Below are positions 36,017 through 48,408 of a stretch of 64,000 nt of DNA, one piece after another. Within the stretch, counting starts at the first letter, position 1. The number at the start of each line of letters is the position of its first letter. The DNA is from Octopus sinensis (Eukaryota), in contig NC_043007.1 of NCBI RefSeq assembly GCF_006345805.1, positions 25,916,001 through 25,980,000 of the forward strand, given 5' to 3'. The translations under genes and the position numbers were made by a program. Below the pieces are notes generated by a model that did not search any database, had not been told where the DNA came from, and saw nothing but the letters and a program-made list of their open reading frames with translations.

Positions 36017-37135
36017 GAGGTAGACCCAGGAAAACCTGGGACGAGGTGGTGAAGCACGACCTTCGAACTTTAGGCCTCACTGAGGAAATGACCAGAGACC
36101 GAGACCTTTGGAAATATTCTGTACGTGAGAAGACCAGGCAGGACAAGTGAGCCCAGCCCACTTATGAATGCCTTTCCTCCCTTGGACACAAAGACCGGTT
36201 GAGGCAAGCGAAGTCGATATAGAACCTCATCCGACGACAGACACCCATCCCAACCCCCCATGCTTGCGAAGACATGTTGGGGCAAGCGAAATCGAAATCG
36301 AAAACGAAACCGAATTGAACCAGCCAGGATCCCTGGCCTGGTGGTACGTAAAAAGCACTATCCGACTCGGGGCCGTGGCACGTAAAATACTCCAATGCGA
36401 CCGTACGACAGGCACCCATGCCAACCCCCTTCGCTTGTGAAGACATGTTGGGGCAAGCGAAATCGAAATCGAATTGAACCAGCCAGGATCCCTGGTCTGG
36501 TGGTACGTAAAGCACTATCCGACTCGTGGCCGTGGCACGTAAAATACTCCAATGCGACCGTACGACAGGCACCCTTGCCAACCCCCTTTGCTTGTGAAGA
36601 CATGTTGGGGCAAGCGAAATCGAAATCGAATTGAACCAGCCAGTATCCCTGGTCTGGTGGTACGTAAAAGCACTATCCGACTCGTGGCCGTGGCACGTAA
36701 AATACTCCAATGCGACCGTACGACAGGCACCCTTGCCAACCCCCTTTGCTTGTGAAGACATGTTGGGGCAAGCGAAATCGAAATCGAATTGAACCAGCCA
36801 GGATCCCTGGTCTGGTGGTACGTAAAAAGCACTATCCGACTCGTGGCCGATGCCAGCACCGCCTCGACTGGCTTCCGTGCCGGTGGCACATAAAATACAC
36901 CAATCTGACCGTGGCCGTTGCCAGCCCCGCCTGGCACCTGTGCAGGTGGCACGTAAAAAGCACCCACTACACTCACGGAGTGGTTGGCGTTAGGAAGGGC
37001 ATCCAGCTGTAGAAACATTGCCAAATTAGACTGGAGCCTGGTGCAGCCTTCTGGCTTCCCAGAACCCCGGTCGAACCGTCCAACCCATGCTAGCATGGAG
37101 AACGGACGTTAAACGACGATGATGATGATGATGAT
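36015..37135 (+). mobile_element. 5'-truncated RTE: ORF C-terminus, 3' region with four 157-171-bp tandem units, family B tail
   Basis: RGRPRKTWDEVVKHDLRTLGLTEEMTRDRDLW; units start at 36274, 36445, 36602 and 36760; (TGA)n end. Confidence 0.85.
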
Positions 37136-37659
37136 ACATATATATATATATATATAAAGAGGGACAAATGGGGGAGAAAGAGAATGTTTTAGAGAAGATA
37201 TAATATCTAAAAGCCAGAAACAAATGGTGAGAAACTTACAAGTTCACAGTAGTAGTTCAAATTAATTATCTCCCTTTATTTCACACGTTCTGTGGGGATG
37301 TGTGTTCTTGTATGTGTGCGTGCATGTGTATGTGTGTGTATGCGTGTGTGTGTGCGTGCGTGCGTGTGAGTATTCATTCTTACTCTCTTCTCTCTCCCAC
37401 TCTCTTTTTCTCAATAGTTGTTATTTTACTTCTTGCCTATCTTTCCTACTGGCTCTTTCTTCTTCTTCTGTCTCTGTCTCCTGTTCCCCCCTCTCCCTCT
37501 CCCACTCTCTCTCTCTCTCTCTCTGTTTCTTCTTTTACTCTCTCACTATGCATTGCCAGTCTATTTTGTGTTATCTTTTAATCACCTCCCCCACCGCCTA
37601 ATGCTCTTTTCTTCACTCTCATAAATTTTCCCTTCATCCAAGTCAACCTCTTCCTCCTC

Positions 37660-38040
37660 TCTTCTTTCTCTCACTATGCCACAAATTATCTATCTATCTA
37701 CCTACCTACTCATAAGCATACACACACACACACACACACACAAACACACGCACACACGCACACACGCACACACGCACACACACACACACACACGCACACA
37801 CACACACGCACACACACGCACACACGCACACACACACGCACAGACACACACACACACACACACACACAGATAAGCATATCTTCTTTCTCTCACTATGCCA
37901 CAAATTATCTATCTATCTACCTACTCATAAGCATACACGCACACACACACACGCACACACACACACACACACGCACAGACACATACACACACACCCACAT
38001 ACACACACACACACAGACACACACACACATACACAGATAA
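37660..38040. repeat. (CA/CG)n tracts with a duplicated ~60-bp anchor
   Basis: TTCTTTCTCTCACTATGCCACAAATTATCTATC...CATAAGCATAC at about 37663 and 37880. Confidence 0.8.
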
Positions 38041-38299
38041 GCTTACACATAAAACAAATGTTATCACAAGCATCTTTCATCACCACTATCAGATGTGCGC
38101 TGTTTTTCCTTGTTTTGCCCCACCCCCCTTCTCTCTCTCTTTCTCTATCTCGTTTTACTTTGCCAGCGGATCATACTCAACAGGAAGGTGAAGAAACAGA
38201 ATATAAACAGACAAAAGGGGGAAACAGGTTGATATATACTGCAGGATCGATAATAATCACGTACACACAAACACACATTGCATATTATCGCGGTCATTA

Positions 38300-38302
38300 T
38301 TA

Positions 38303-38347
<45 letters not shown>

Positions 38348-38596
38348 TCATTATCATGATTGACTACAACCACCATCACCACCACCACCTTCATCATCAT
38401 CATCATCATCATCATTACCACCACCACCACCACCACCACCATCACCACCACCACTACCACCACCACCATCATCATCACCACCACCACCACCAGCACCATC
38501 ACCATCATCATCATCACCACCACCACCACCACCATCGTCGTTGTCGTCGTCATCATCATCATCATCATTACCACCACCACCACCACTACCACCACC

Positions 38597-38627
<31 letters not shown>

Positions 38628-38930
38628 CCACCACCACCACCATCATCATCACCATCACCATCATCATCACCACCACCACCACCACCACCACCACCACCAC
38701 CACCACCACCACCACCACCATCATCATCATCACCACCACCACCATCATCATCACCATCACCATCATCATCACCACCACCACCACCAGCACCATCACCATC
38801 ATCATCATCACCACCACCACCACCACCACCACCATCGTCGTCGTCGTCGTCATCATCATCATCATCATCATCACCACCACCACCTCCACCACCTCCACCA
38901 TCAGCATCATCATCATCGTCATCATCACAA
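38300..38930. repeat. (CAC)n/(CAT)n/(CGT)n trinucleotide array
   Basis: Direct inspection; source of the spurious poly-His/Thr/Pro ORFs. Similar tract at 3030-3410. Confidence 0.95.
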
Positions 38931-39449
38931 TCAATTTGCATCCATTTTCCTTCCCATACTTTCCCCGGGTCGAAGAAATCTTTGCTGATGCAGAGTCTCG
39001 CCACTTTTTTGCGGGTCTTTTACCATCTCTCCTTCGTGAGATTCGGCTGTCTGTGAGCAACATTCAGCATTCACAATATTTTTTCTTTGCATGTCTTCCT
39101 TTGCATGTTTTGTCCTTTTCTACAAGTTTCTTTCATTTGGATCATTTCACTGGAGTTTTTTTTTTGGAGGGGGAGGTCTGTTTTTTTGTTTATCTAACCA
39201 TTATCCTTCATGTGCAACTTAAATCTGCATCAACACAGCCTCCTCTCTTCCACACAACATCTTATTTGATTTATACCCAGTTTTTCTTTTGGCTCATTTC
39301 TGCTTCCTCATATGTTTACATTAACATTATACATCAAGCACCTCATTCGTTTCTAGCTTGCACTCATCCTAGCTTGCACTCATCCTAGCTTGCACTCATC
39401 CTTACTTACACTCATGTAATGTTACACTTTGGCTGGAATTCTGCTTGGC

Positions 39450-40130
39450 AAAGACTTCTACGTGCCCAAAAACCCACCCACTCAAACCACTCTTTAAAAA
39501 AATTTTTTTTCACACAAACCCCACTTTTTGGCTATGGGGAATATGAATCTGTAAAAAAATTGGCAAAAATTGGCATTTAAAAATTTTTCCCCCAATCCCC
39601 CACCTCACCCCCATTTCCTTAATTTTTTACTTTTTTCAGAATTTTTTTTTTCAAAATATGCAGAAAAATACAGAGATTATGATTCTGAAAAAAATTTCCA
39701 AAAATTTTTGTAAAATTTTTTTTAAGAATTTTTCTAAATATGCAGAAAAATATAGACATTATGATTCAGACAAAAATTTCATAACATTTCTGTAGTTAAG
39801 GTTAGGGTTAGGGTTTTAGGGTTAAGGTTAGGGTTAAGGTTTTAGGGATAGGGTTAGGGTTTTAGGGTTAGGGTTAGGGTTAGGGTTTTAGGGTTAGGGT
39901 TTTAGGGTTAGAGTTAGGGTTAGTGTTAGGGAAAAAAGTCAAAATTGGAGAAATGGGGGGGGGGAATTTGACAATGACGATTTTTGGCAATTTTCTGGAA
40001 CCTCTGTATCCGAAAACGGGGGTTTTTGGCAAAAAATTTTTTTTTAATAAACAAATTTGGGAGAAAATGGGGTGGGGACGAAAATCTTTCCTTCTGCTTT
40101 ATAAATCCTATATAAATCCTCATTACTTTT
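39450..40130. mobile_element. AT-rich imperfect foldback element with an internal telomere-like array
   Basis: Arms at about 39560-39635 and 39931-40000 are reverse complements; 47-bp direct repeat at 39651 and 39734. Confidence 0.5.
39795..39931 (+). repeat. Interstitial (TTAGGG)n array with TTTTAGGG/TTAAGG variants
   Basis: About 20 telomeric-type units. Confidence 0.95.
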
Positions 40131-41400
40131 CCATTTTGGGGAATTTTCTGAAAACTTTTGTGAATTTATGTTCTACACATAGGAATCTTGTCACTGCATT
40201 ACTTAGCCTTTTGGTAATGCTTTCACGTGATTAGAGAAAAAAAAGGGAGAAAGAAAAGAAGGAGAGAGGTGTCCATGACATGCAGTAGAGGGAATGTAAT
40301 TGTAACACTTTCATGTGATAAGTTGAAGGAAAAGAGAGGAGAAAGAAAAAGGAGAGTGAAAAAGAGGATAAGGTTAAGTGTGAGACAGAACGAGGGAGAA
40401 ACAAAGAGAGGAAGAGGGAAAAAAAAAGAAAAAGAGAAGTGTCTATGATGTGTGGTAGGGGGGAATATAATAATTTTAGCAGAGGGGTGATGTTCTGATG
40501 GTGAGGTTAAAGAATGGTAGAGAGGAAGAGAGAGATGGTGGTGGAGATGGAGATGAGGGAGGTGGTGGTGGTGGTGGTGGTGATTGGATAGTGAAAATTG
40601 TACTTTTTTAAAATTAAAGTTTTTTTATATCACCTATCACTTAAGCATGCCCATAAGTGCAATTCCGTGAAATGTTTATGCTTATTTACATGGCAGACAT
40701 ATGCAATTTAACTAAAGGTTGTATCATATGTATAGGATATTTTTTTTTGTTAATGAGAAAAATGGAAAAATAAGAGTGAATATTTATTATATGATTGCTG
40801 TGTGTTAAGTCTATAACATTGTTCTTTAAGATATATAAAGTGTATATATAAAGTGCATTAAGTAATCATCATATTCCAATTTCTTTCACTTCTCAATGAG
40901 TAGCAGATGAGTGACTATCTTTTGATAGACACAACACAAGCTATACTTTCAGGATTTTTGGATAAAGTTTTCAGAAATAACCCAATAGGTTTACCATTAA
41001 TTCTGTGAAATATTCACGGGTCCTGCTAGTTCATATGATTATGCCAAAACCAAAAAAAGTGTTTCTCTGTGTGATTTAAGGGCTATTTAGCTGTCATATT
41101 TAGCACCTCTCATGACCACCTGATGCACACTTCATCTCTTTGTCATTCTAACATATTGATGTTTTTCAATTTTATGGTCTATTGCTTATATATTTAATGG
41201 TCTATGCTTGAATTTAAACAAAAAATTCAAACTGTCTGCATTTTAAACTAATTTTTAAAAAAATTAATTTTGAATTAAAAAATGAAAAAGTTTAATTTCG
41301 AATTAAAAAATAAAATTTTTTTTTTTCCATATTATATTAATTCCTGTGTATAGAACACAAATAGGAAAAAAATCTACAAATCCATAATATATATATATAT

Positions 41401-41550
41401 AGGCACAGGAGTTGCTGTGTGGTAAGTAGCTTGCTTACCAACCACATGGTTCCAGGTTCAGTCCCATTGCATGGCACCTTGGGCAAGTGTCTTCTACTAT
41501 AGCCTCAGGCCAATCAAAGCCTTGTGAGTGCATTTGGTTGACAGAAGCTT
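41401..41550 (+). mobile_element. SINE family A 5' half (3' half resumes at 42063-42290)
   Basis: Homology; the halves are separated by a Helitron-like insert. Confidence 0.75.
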
Positions 41551-41634
41551 GGTGGGCACAAAAAATTACACAAATGTATAGAATGATCCGATGGTGATGC
41601 TAGGCTTTGATAGCTCCCATCGTTACCGAGATAA

Positions 41635-42062
41635 TCTACTATAATAATACTCTTGTGTTTATGAATTAGAAAGGAAGGGGTGATGTAATACTTGGTAGTG
41701 TACGCTGAAAAAAATAAATCAAACAGCGTTTCAACTCCGTGTGAATATATATGTGTGTGTATGTAAACGGGGTTATGTGAATGTGTGTGTGTGTGCCTGT
41801 GTGTGTGTGTGTGCCTGTGTGTTTGTGTGTGTGTGCACGCACAATGGAAGTGGGAGGGTTCATCTTTGTTCACTTAGTATTTGGGTTAATTTTTTGATTT
41901 GGTTGAATCTTGATCAGTTATTTTTAGCGTTTTGACAGAAAAACGTCATTCTAAAATTGTTTTTTAATGTAAGTGTGCCCAAATAAGTCAAATGCTTACA
42001 CAGAGCAGGTTTTACAGCCAAATCATTCAAACCAACCGAGTGAAACCGGGCTTAGTTGCTAG
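41635..42062 (+). mobile_element. Non-autonomous Helitron-like element
   Basis: a|TCTACTATAATAATA 5' end; CCGAGTGAAACCGGG...CTAG|t 3' end; A|T insertion with no TSD. Confidence 0.7.
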
Positions 42063-42629
42063 TATATATGTATGTATGTTTGTGTGTCTGTGTTTGTCCC
42101 CCCACCATCACTTGACAACCGATGTTGGTGTTTTTACGTCCCTGTAACTTAGCGGTTCAGCAAAAGTGACCGATAGGATAAGTACTAGGCTTACAAAGAA
42201 TAAGTCCTGAGGTCGATTTGTTCAACTAAAGGTGGTGCTCGAGCATGGCTGCAGTCAAATGACTGAAACAAATATAAGAATAAAAGAATATGTATATATA
42301 TATATATCATCATCATCGTTTAATGTCTGCTTTCCATGCTAGCATGGGTTGGACGATTTAACTGAGGACTGACGAACCAGATGGCTGCACCAGGCTCATC
42401 AGGGGTGTGCCACATAAGTAGGCAAGGTAGACTGTGCCTACCTTGAATAAAATAGATTCATAGCAACATTTTCCTTTTATGACAAAATATGCACCTAATT
42501 CAATAAAATTATGAAGGTTACTCTGATTACTATTAAATATTATTACTTTTCTTTTTATAGATTAGGCAGGCATAATTCGCCCCTGCTTTTCAATCTCAAT
42601 ATTTAAGCTACGCATAGTAATGCTGTAGT

Positions 42630-42911
42630 GCATGTGGCTGATGCCAGTGCCACCTTGACTGGCTTCCGTGTGCTGGTGGCATGTAAAAAGCACCGACCAA
42701 TCGTGGCCATTGCCAGCCTCGCCTGGCACCTGTGCCGGTGGCATGTAAAAAGCACCCACTACACTCAGAGTGATTGGCGTTAGGAAGGGCATCCAGCTGT
42801 AGAAACACTACCAGATCAGACTGGAGCCTGGTGCAGCCTCCTGGCTTCCCAGACCTCGGTCAAACCATCCAACCCATACTAGCATGGAAAACAGACGTTA
42901 AATGATGATGA

Positions 42912-42915
<4 letters not shown>
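42630..42915 (+). mobile_element. RTE 3'-end element (family B); short minus copy at 42308-42397
   Basis: Family B homology. Confidence 0.8.
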
Positions 42916-42946
<31 letters not shown>

Positions 42947-43455
42947 TATTACGGAGATGTACTTGCATAGCGAGTGACTTGATCTGAGATATTATATATA
43001 ATATATAAATTAGAGAAAAAAACACTATTATGCAATTCAAACAATGATAGACATAAACCAAATCATAAATAAAAGACAAAATATATTTTTATAAAATATA
43101 TAATTAGATTACAAAAAAGTATAAAAATGAATAATCAGTAATAAGTAATAATGTGTGTATGTGTGTGTGTGTAACAGATGAGATTCAAGTGAATCAGACA
43201 TTTAAATCAGGCATTTAAATGGTCAAGCTGAAAAATAAAATGTGTACGTAACAAAAGTAGAGGAATACATAAGTGGGTATCAAAGAACTAGTGGAAAGTT
43301 ATTCAGTATATGTATTGAATTAACTGTACCTGACTGAGTTCATCATAAGCCCTTTGGCTAATCTAGAAAATGCACATTGCACTAAATGTATGGTTCATAA
43401 TATACTTCGAATCTACGCAAGGAGCAGGTTCCGAGTGAGGTGAATAATAAATAGG

Positions 43456-44809
43456 TAACAACAGATGGATAATGTGTCAATCCACTACAGCTGTTTCTAA
43501 TGAGTTTTTAATTAATTAATGGAGAAATTATATCATTTGAATAAAAAAAAAACCGTTTTCATTAAGTGAATACATGAATCACAGCATTCAGAAACGTGCC
43601 ACTTCATGATTTTATGATCGGTGTCAGTCATAAGAATGAATTTGTTTAGTTTGGTAGTATAATAGGGGGAAATACTGTGATGTCAGGCGTGAGTAGAAGG
43701 GTAATGAAGATTTATAGCAATGAAGGAGGTTAGAGGATGGGGGTAGTTAATTTCTTTTATCTTTTATTTTTATTGAACTAGAGTTTTTTAGGCTAAAATC
43801 AAAGGGTAACACCAACCAGTGATTTATTTATATATTTATCTATTTAACAATTTTCTATATACTGGAAAAATTACGAAAGAGAGAGACAGTAAGTCTAAGA
43901 TGTTCTGATAGAGGAGAGGGTATTAAATAAAAAAAAAAGTGGTCATCATATCAATAATTAAATAAATAAAGTATTTTTTAAATTTGTTTCAGTCATTTGA
44001 CTGTGGCCATGCCGGAGCACTGCCTTTAGTCGAGCAAATCGACCCCATGATGTATTCTTTGTCAGCCTAGTACTTATTCTATCAGGCACTCTTGCCAAAC
44101 TGCTAAGTTATGGGGACGTAAACACAGCAGCATCGCTTGTCAAGCGATGTTGTGGGGACAAACACAGACACACAAACATATACATACAACGGGCTTCTTT
44201 CAGTTTCCGTCTACCAAATCCACTCACAAGGCTTTGGTCGGCCCGAGGCTATAGCAGAAGACACTTGCCCAAGGTTCCATGCAGTGGGACTGAACCTGGA
44301 ACCATGTGGTTGGTAAGCAAGCTATTTACCACACAGCCACTCCTGCGCTTATATGTTAAATGAATATATAAATAGATAACTGGTTGACCTTACTCTTTGA
44401 TTTTAGCCCCAAACCCTCCTGTTGAACAGAAATAAAAGATAAAAGAAATTAACTTGATCTTAGTTGTAGGGGCAAGATGCTTTGCTATCTGTTTTCCCCA
44501 CTACACCATCTTCTAACCTCCTTCATTGCTATAAATCTTCGTTACCTCTCCTCTACTCATGCCTGGCATCACAGAATTTTCCCCTATATACTACCAAACT
44601 AAACAAACGAATTCATTCTTGTGGCTGGTACTGGTCATAAAATCATGGTGTGGCACAAAACTGTTGGCTTTGGAATGTTTTTGAGTGTTGTAATTCATGT
44701 ATACACCTAATAAAAACGTTATTTTCTAATGCTGTAATTTCTCCATTAATCAATGACAAATTCATTGGAAACAGCTGTTGTGGATTGACACATTATCCAT
44801 CTGATGTTA
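43456..44809. repeat. Large diverged inverted repeat (arms 43456-43848 and 44355-44809)
   Basis: For example GTGCCAC..CATGATTTTATGA..AAGAATGAATT..GTTTAGTTTGGTAGTAT is present in both orientations. Confidence 0.8.
43975..44349 (-). mobile_element. SINE family A
   Basis: Homology to 40-454. Confidence 0.85.
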
Positions 44810-45732
44810 TATATATATATATATATATCAGTAAGCCAGATATGATATAAATAAGTTGATATTCACAGCTTAAAAATGTATTACGAGTTAATCAGACCCA
44901 ACTGGTTAACATATCAGTGAAATTAAAATATATTTGCTTTCAGAAGAGAATTAATCTGTTGTGAATTTGAATCTACTGCAAATATTTATTGCGTTTCTGA
45001 ACAAGAAAGACATTTTATATGCTATAGTTCTTCTTTTTGCTATTGGAAATCTTAAAGCATATTCTTAAACTTTATATATTCCTGGAAAATTTAATGGAAA
45101 AAAATCACTCCAGTGTATCCTTTTACAACAAAATCTTTTAGGTACTTCATCTTCGGGATCTATACTTTAATATTATTATGTTCATATCACTCTGAGGTTC
45201 AATTATTTTGTTTTTGCCCTCTAGAATTGATGAAATAAAGTACCTGTCATGTACTGGGGTCACTAATTGACTTACTTCCCACTCCTGAACCATTGGACCA
45301 TATGCCTATGTAAGAAATTTTGGAGCAGAGAATTGGCAAAATTGTTGGAACTTCAGACAGAATACCTTGTGATAATCTGTCTAGCTCTTCATATTCTGAG
45401 TTCAAATTCCACTTTCAGCTTTTTGTGATAAACAAAATAGAATACCATTCATGTACTGGGAATGAAGGGCATCCAGTAATAGAAACTATTGTAAAGCAGA
45501 CATTGGAATATATTTTTGACTCATTAAATCCTTGTCAAGACCATCCAACACCTGCCAGTATGGAACATGAATGTTAAATAGTGCTGGTGATGATGATGAT
45601 GTACCTAATTTAGAAACTATTATTATTACTTATTTATTTATTGAATAATATTTAGAAAGCTTTTGGTCAAATTCATATAAAATTTGTTACTGAATTCTTT
45701 CTCTTGTCTCCACAAATTTTTTGAATTTATGC

Positions 45733-45922
45733 GGGTGGCACGTAAAAAGCACCCACTACACTCACGGAGTGGTTGGCATTAGGAAGGGCATCCAGCCGTA
45801 GAAACACTGCCAGATCTGACTGGGTCTGATGAAGCCTTCCAGCTTCACAGACCCCAGTTGAACCGTCCAACCCATGCTAGCATGGAGAACGGACGCTAAA
45901 TGATGATGATGATGATGATGAT
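45733..45922 (+). mobile_element. RTE 3'-end element (family B)
   Basis: Family B homology. Confidence 0.8.
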
Positions 45923-46063
45923 CAGCAGCAAAAATATTCAGAATTGAATATTAATATTGTTCTTATTATCGAAATCAATGCAAATAGTCCATAATAACAA
46001 CAACATTAATATAGCTGGTTGCAAGCCTAAATCAGTGTTATATAGCTGTTGAATTAAAATTAT

Positions 46064-46204
46064 ATTAATCAAAGAACACATTGAAGTGTCCCCGCTAGAA
46101 ATAAGAGTTAAAGCCCTCATTTGGACCACTAAAAATTACACTGAAAACAACAGATACAACAGTATTTCTAGTGGGTAGACACTTCAATGTGTCCTTTGAT
46201 TAAT
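46064..46204. repeat. Hairpin with about 40-bp arms and a 60-nt loop
   Basis: 46064-46102 is the reverse complement of 46163-46204 with few differences. Confidence 0.8.
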
Positions 46205-46224
46205 GTATATACATATATATATAT

Positions 46225-46292
<68 letters not shown>

Positions 46293-46479
46293 CACACACA
46301 TATATCATCATCTTCATTTAATGTCCACTTTCCATGCTTTGATTGGAATTCATAAGCCAGAAAGCTGCACCTGGTTTTAGTCTGACCTGGCATGGTTTCT
46401 ATGGCTGGATGCCCTTCCCAATGCCAACCACTCCAAGAGTGTAATAGGTACATTTTATGTATACATACATACATATATA

Positions 46480-46525
<46 letters not shown>

Positions 46526-46604
46526 CACATACATATATATAAAGTCTGACTCATGCAACCATGGAGAAATGGGTGTTAAAATGATGATGTTGATAAATAT
46601 ATAT

Positions 46605-47603
46605 CATCATCATCATCATCATTTAGCGTCCGTTTTCCATGCTAGCATGGGTTGGACGGTTCAACTGGGGTCTGGGGAGCCCGAAGGCTGCACCAGGCCA
46701 GTCAGATCTGGCAGTGTTTCTACAGCTGGATGCCCTTCCTAACGCCAACCACTCCGAGAGTGTAGTGGGTGATTTTATGTGCCACCGACACAGGTGCCAG
46801 ACGAGGCTGGCGAACGGCCACGCTCGGATGGTGTTTTTATGTGCCACCGACACAGGTGCCAGACGAGGCTGGCAGACGGCCACGCTCGGATGGTGTTTTT
46901 ATGTGCCACCGACACAGGTGCCAGATGAGGCTGGCGGACGGCCACGATCAGATGGTGTTTGTTACGTCCCCAAAGCACGGAGGCCAGTCTATGCGGTACT
47001 GGCTACGGCCACGTTCGGATGATTTTCTTGTGTGCCACCGGCACTGGTACCACAAAGATACAAATTCCATTGATGTTCATCTATTTTGATTTGTTTTGAT
47101 TTGATTTTCACTTGCCTCAACAGGTCTTCACAAGTGTCACAAGAAGGAAGGTATGCACAGGTGGACTGACTACGTCCCAGGTAGGGGCCACGGGTTATGG
47201 CCTGACTAGTCTTGCCGGGTCTTCGGATGGTGTTTTTATGTGCCACCGACACAGGTGCCAGATGAGGCTGGCGAACGGCCACGATCGGATGGTGTTTGTT
47301 ACGTGCCCACAGCACGGAGGCCAGTAGATGCGGTACTGGCTACGGCCACGTTTGGATGGTTTTCTTGTGTGCCACCGGCACTGGTACCACAAAGATACAA
47401 ATTCCATTGATGTTCATCTATTTTGATTTGATTTGATTTGATTTTGATTTTCACTTGCCTCAACAGGTCTTCACAAGTGTCACAGGAAGGAAGGAAGGTA
47501 TGCACAGGTGGACTGACTACGTCCCAAGTAGGGGCCACGGGTTATGGCCTGACTAGTCTTGCCGGGTCTTCGGTTGGTGTTTTTATGTGCCACCGACACA
47601 GGT
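46605..47603 (-). mobile_element. RTE 3'-end element (family B) with 53-bp and about 360-bp internal duplications
   Basis: ATGTGCCACCGACACAGGTGCCAGA..GGCCACG.TCGGATGG repeats; 46990-47240 duplicated at 47350-47600. Confidence 0.85.
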
Positions 47604-48133
47604 ATATATATATATATACACATACTAGTATACCTGTGTCAAGAAATGACTGCATTTTAAAAGAAATGGATGAAACTGGCAGCTAATAAATGTGTTGACA
47701 TAATATTTATTTCATATATTTGACATAGACTTGTATAATAAGAATAATTGAATACTAAATGAACATGCTTTGAAAGAGTGGATCTAAAGTGAATTAAACA
47801 TGGAGGAAAGCTTCATATAAATTGTTTTAATATTCTATTGAGGATAAAACTATAAAAACATCTTTAATAATTGAAGATTTCTTCACATTTTTTTTTATTC
47901 AGTCTCTAGCGGGCACTGTCAAAATGACAGCGATTCACATCTATATCAAGAGTTATTTTTAAAAGTAAAAGTCTGTGCAGAGTTTACTGCTTGTGGCTTA
48001 GTTACTTTGGCTCAATGTGAATGATATCACCAACAAATTCCAGTGAAAATTTTCTTACAGGTTGAACTTGTGCGATCCTCTTTGTTAGTTCTACCACTGA
48101 ACAACAAAATTTTTTAAAAATCTGATATAAACA

Positions 48134-48320
48134 ATATCACTTCACTTTGACCGACCAGTCCGTCAGGCGTCCATTTGACACCGCTGGTCACAGCACGCTG
48201 TCCACTCCTCTCTGGATCGCGACTTTCTCATCCACGTGATCCCAATCGTCCTCTTGAAATCGTCACTCCACCGTCGTAGAGGTCTTCCGGGTGGTCTTTT
48301 CCGCTCACGCGGGTAAAACA
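48134..48320 (-). pseudogene. RTE LINE (second family) 3' end
   Basis: YPRERKRPPGRPLRRWSDDFKRTIGITWMRKSRSREEW, then stop and a short 3' UTR. Confidence 0.85.
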
Positions 48321-48377
48321 ATATATGGGAATGAATAATTTTGTGAGACAGAAATATGTGTGTGCTCATGCATATAA

Positions 48378-48404
<27 letters not shown>

Positions 48405-48408
<4 letters not shown>

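Noticed and set aside
36274-36850. CRISPR-like or regularly spaced arrays (also 18250-18850 and 46760-46950)
   Set aside because: The entire units repeat with no unique spacers; eukaryotic retroelement context; no cas genes.
38278-39388. Long poly-His/Thr/Pro/Gly-Asp ORFs (up to 342 aa)
   Set aside because: Stop-free trinucleotide microsatellite open in many frames; no domain and no splice support.
39795-39931. True telomere or chromosome end
   Set aside because: Short, degenerate and flanked on both sides by non-telomeric sequence.
43150-43195. CAGATGA-GATTC/GAATC possible hammerhead
   Set aside because: Lacks GAAA and a convincing stem I.
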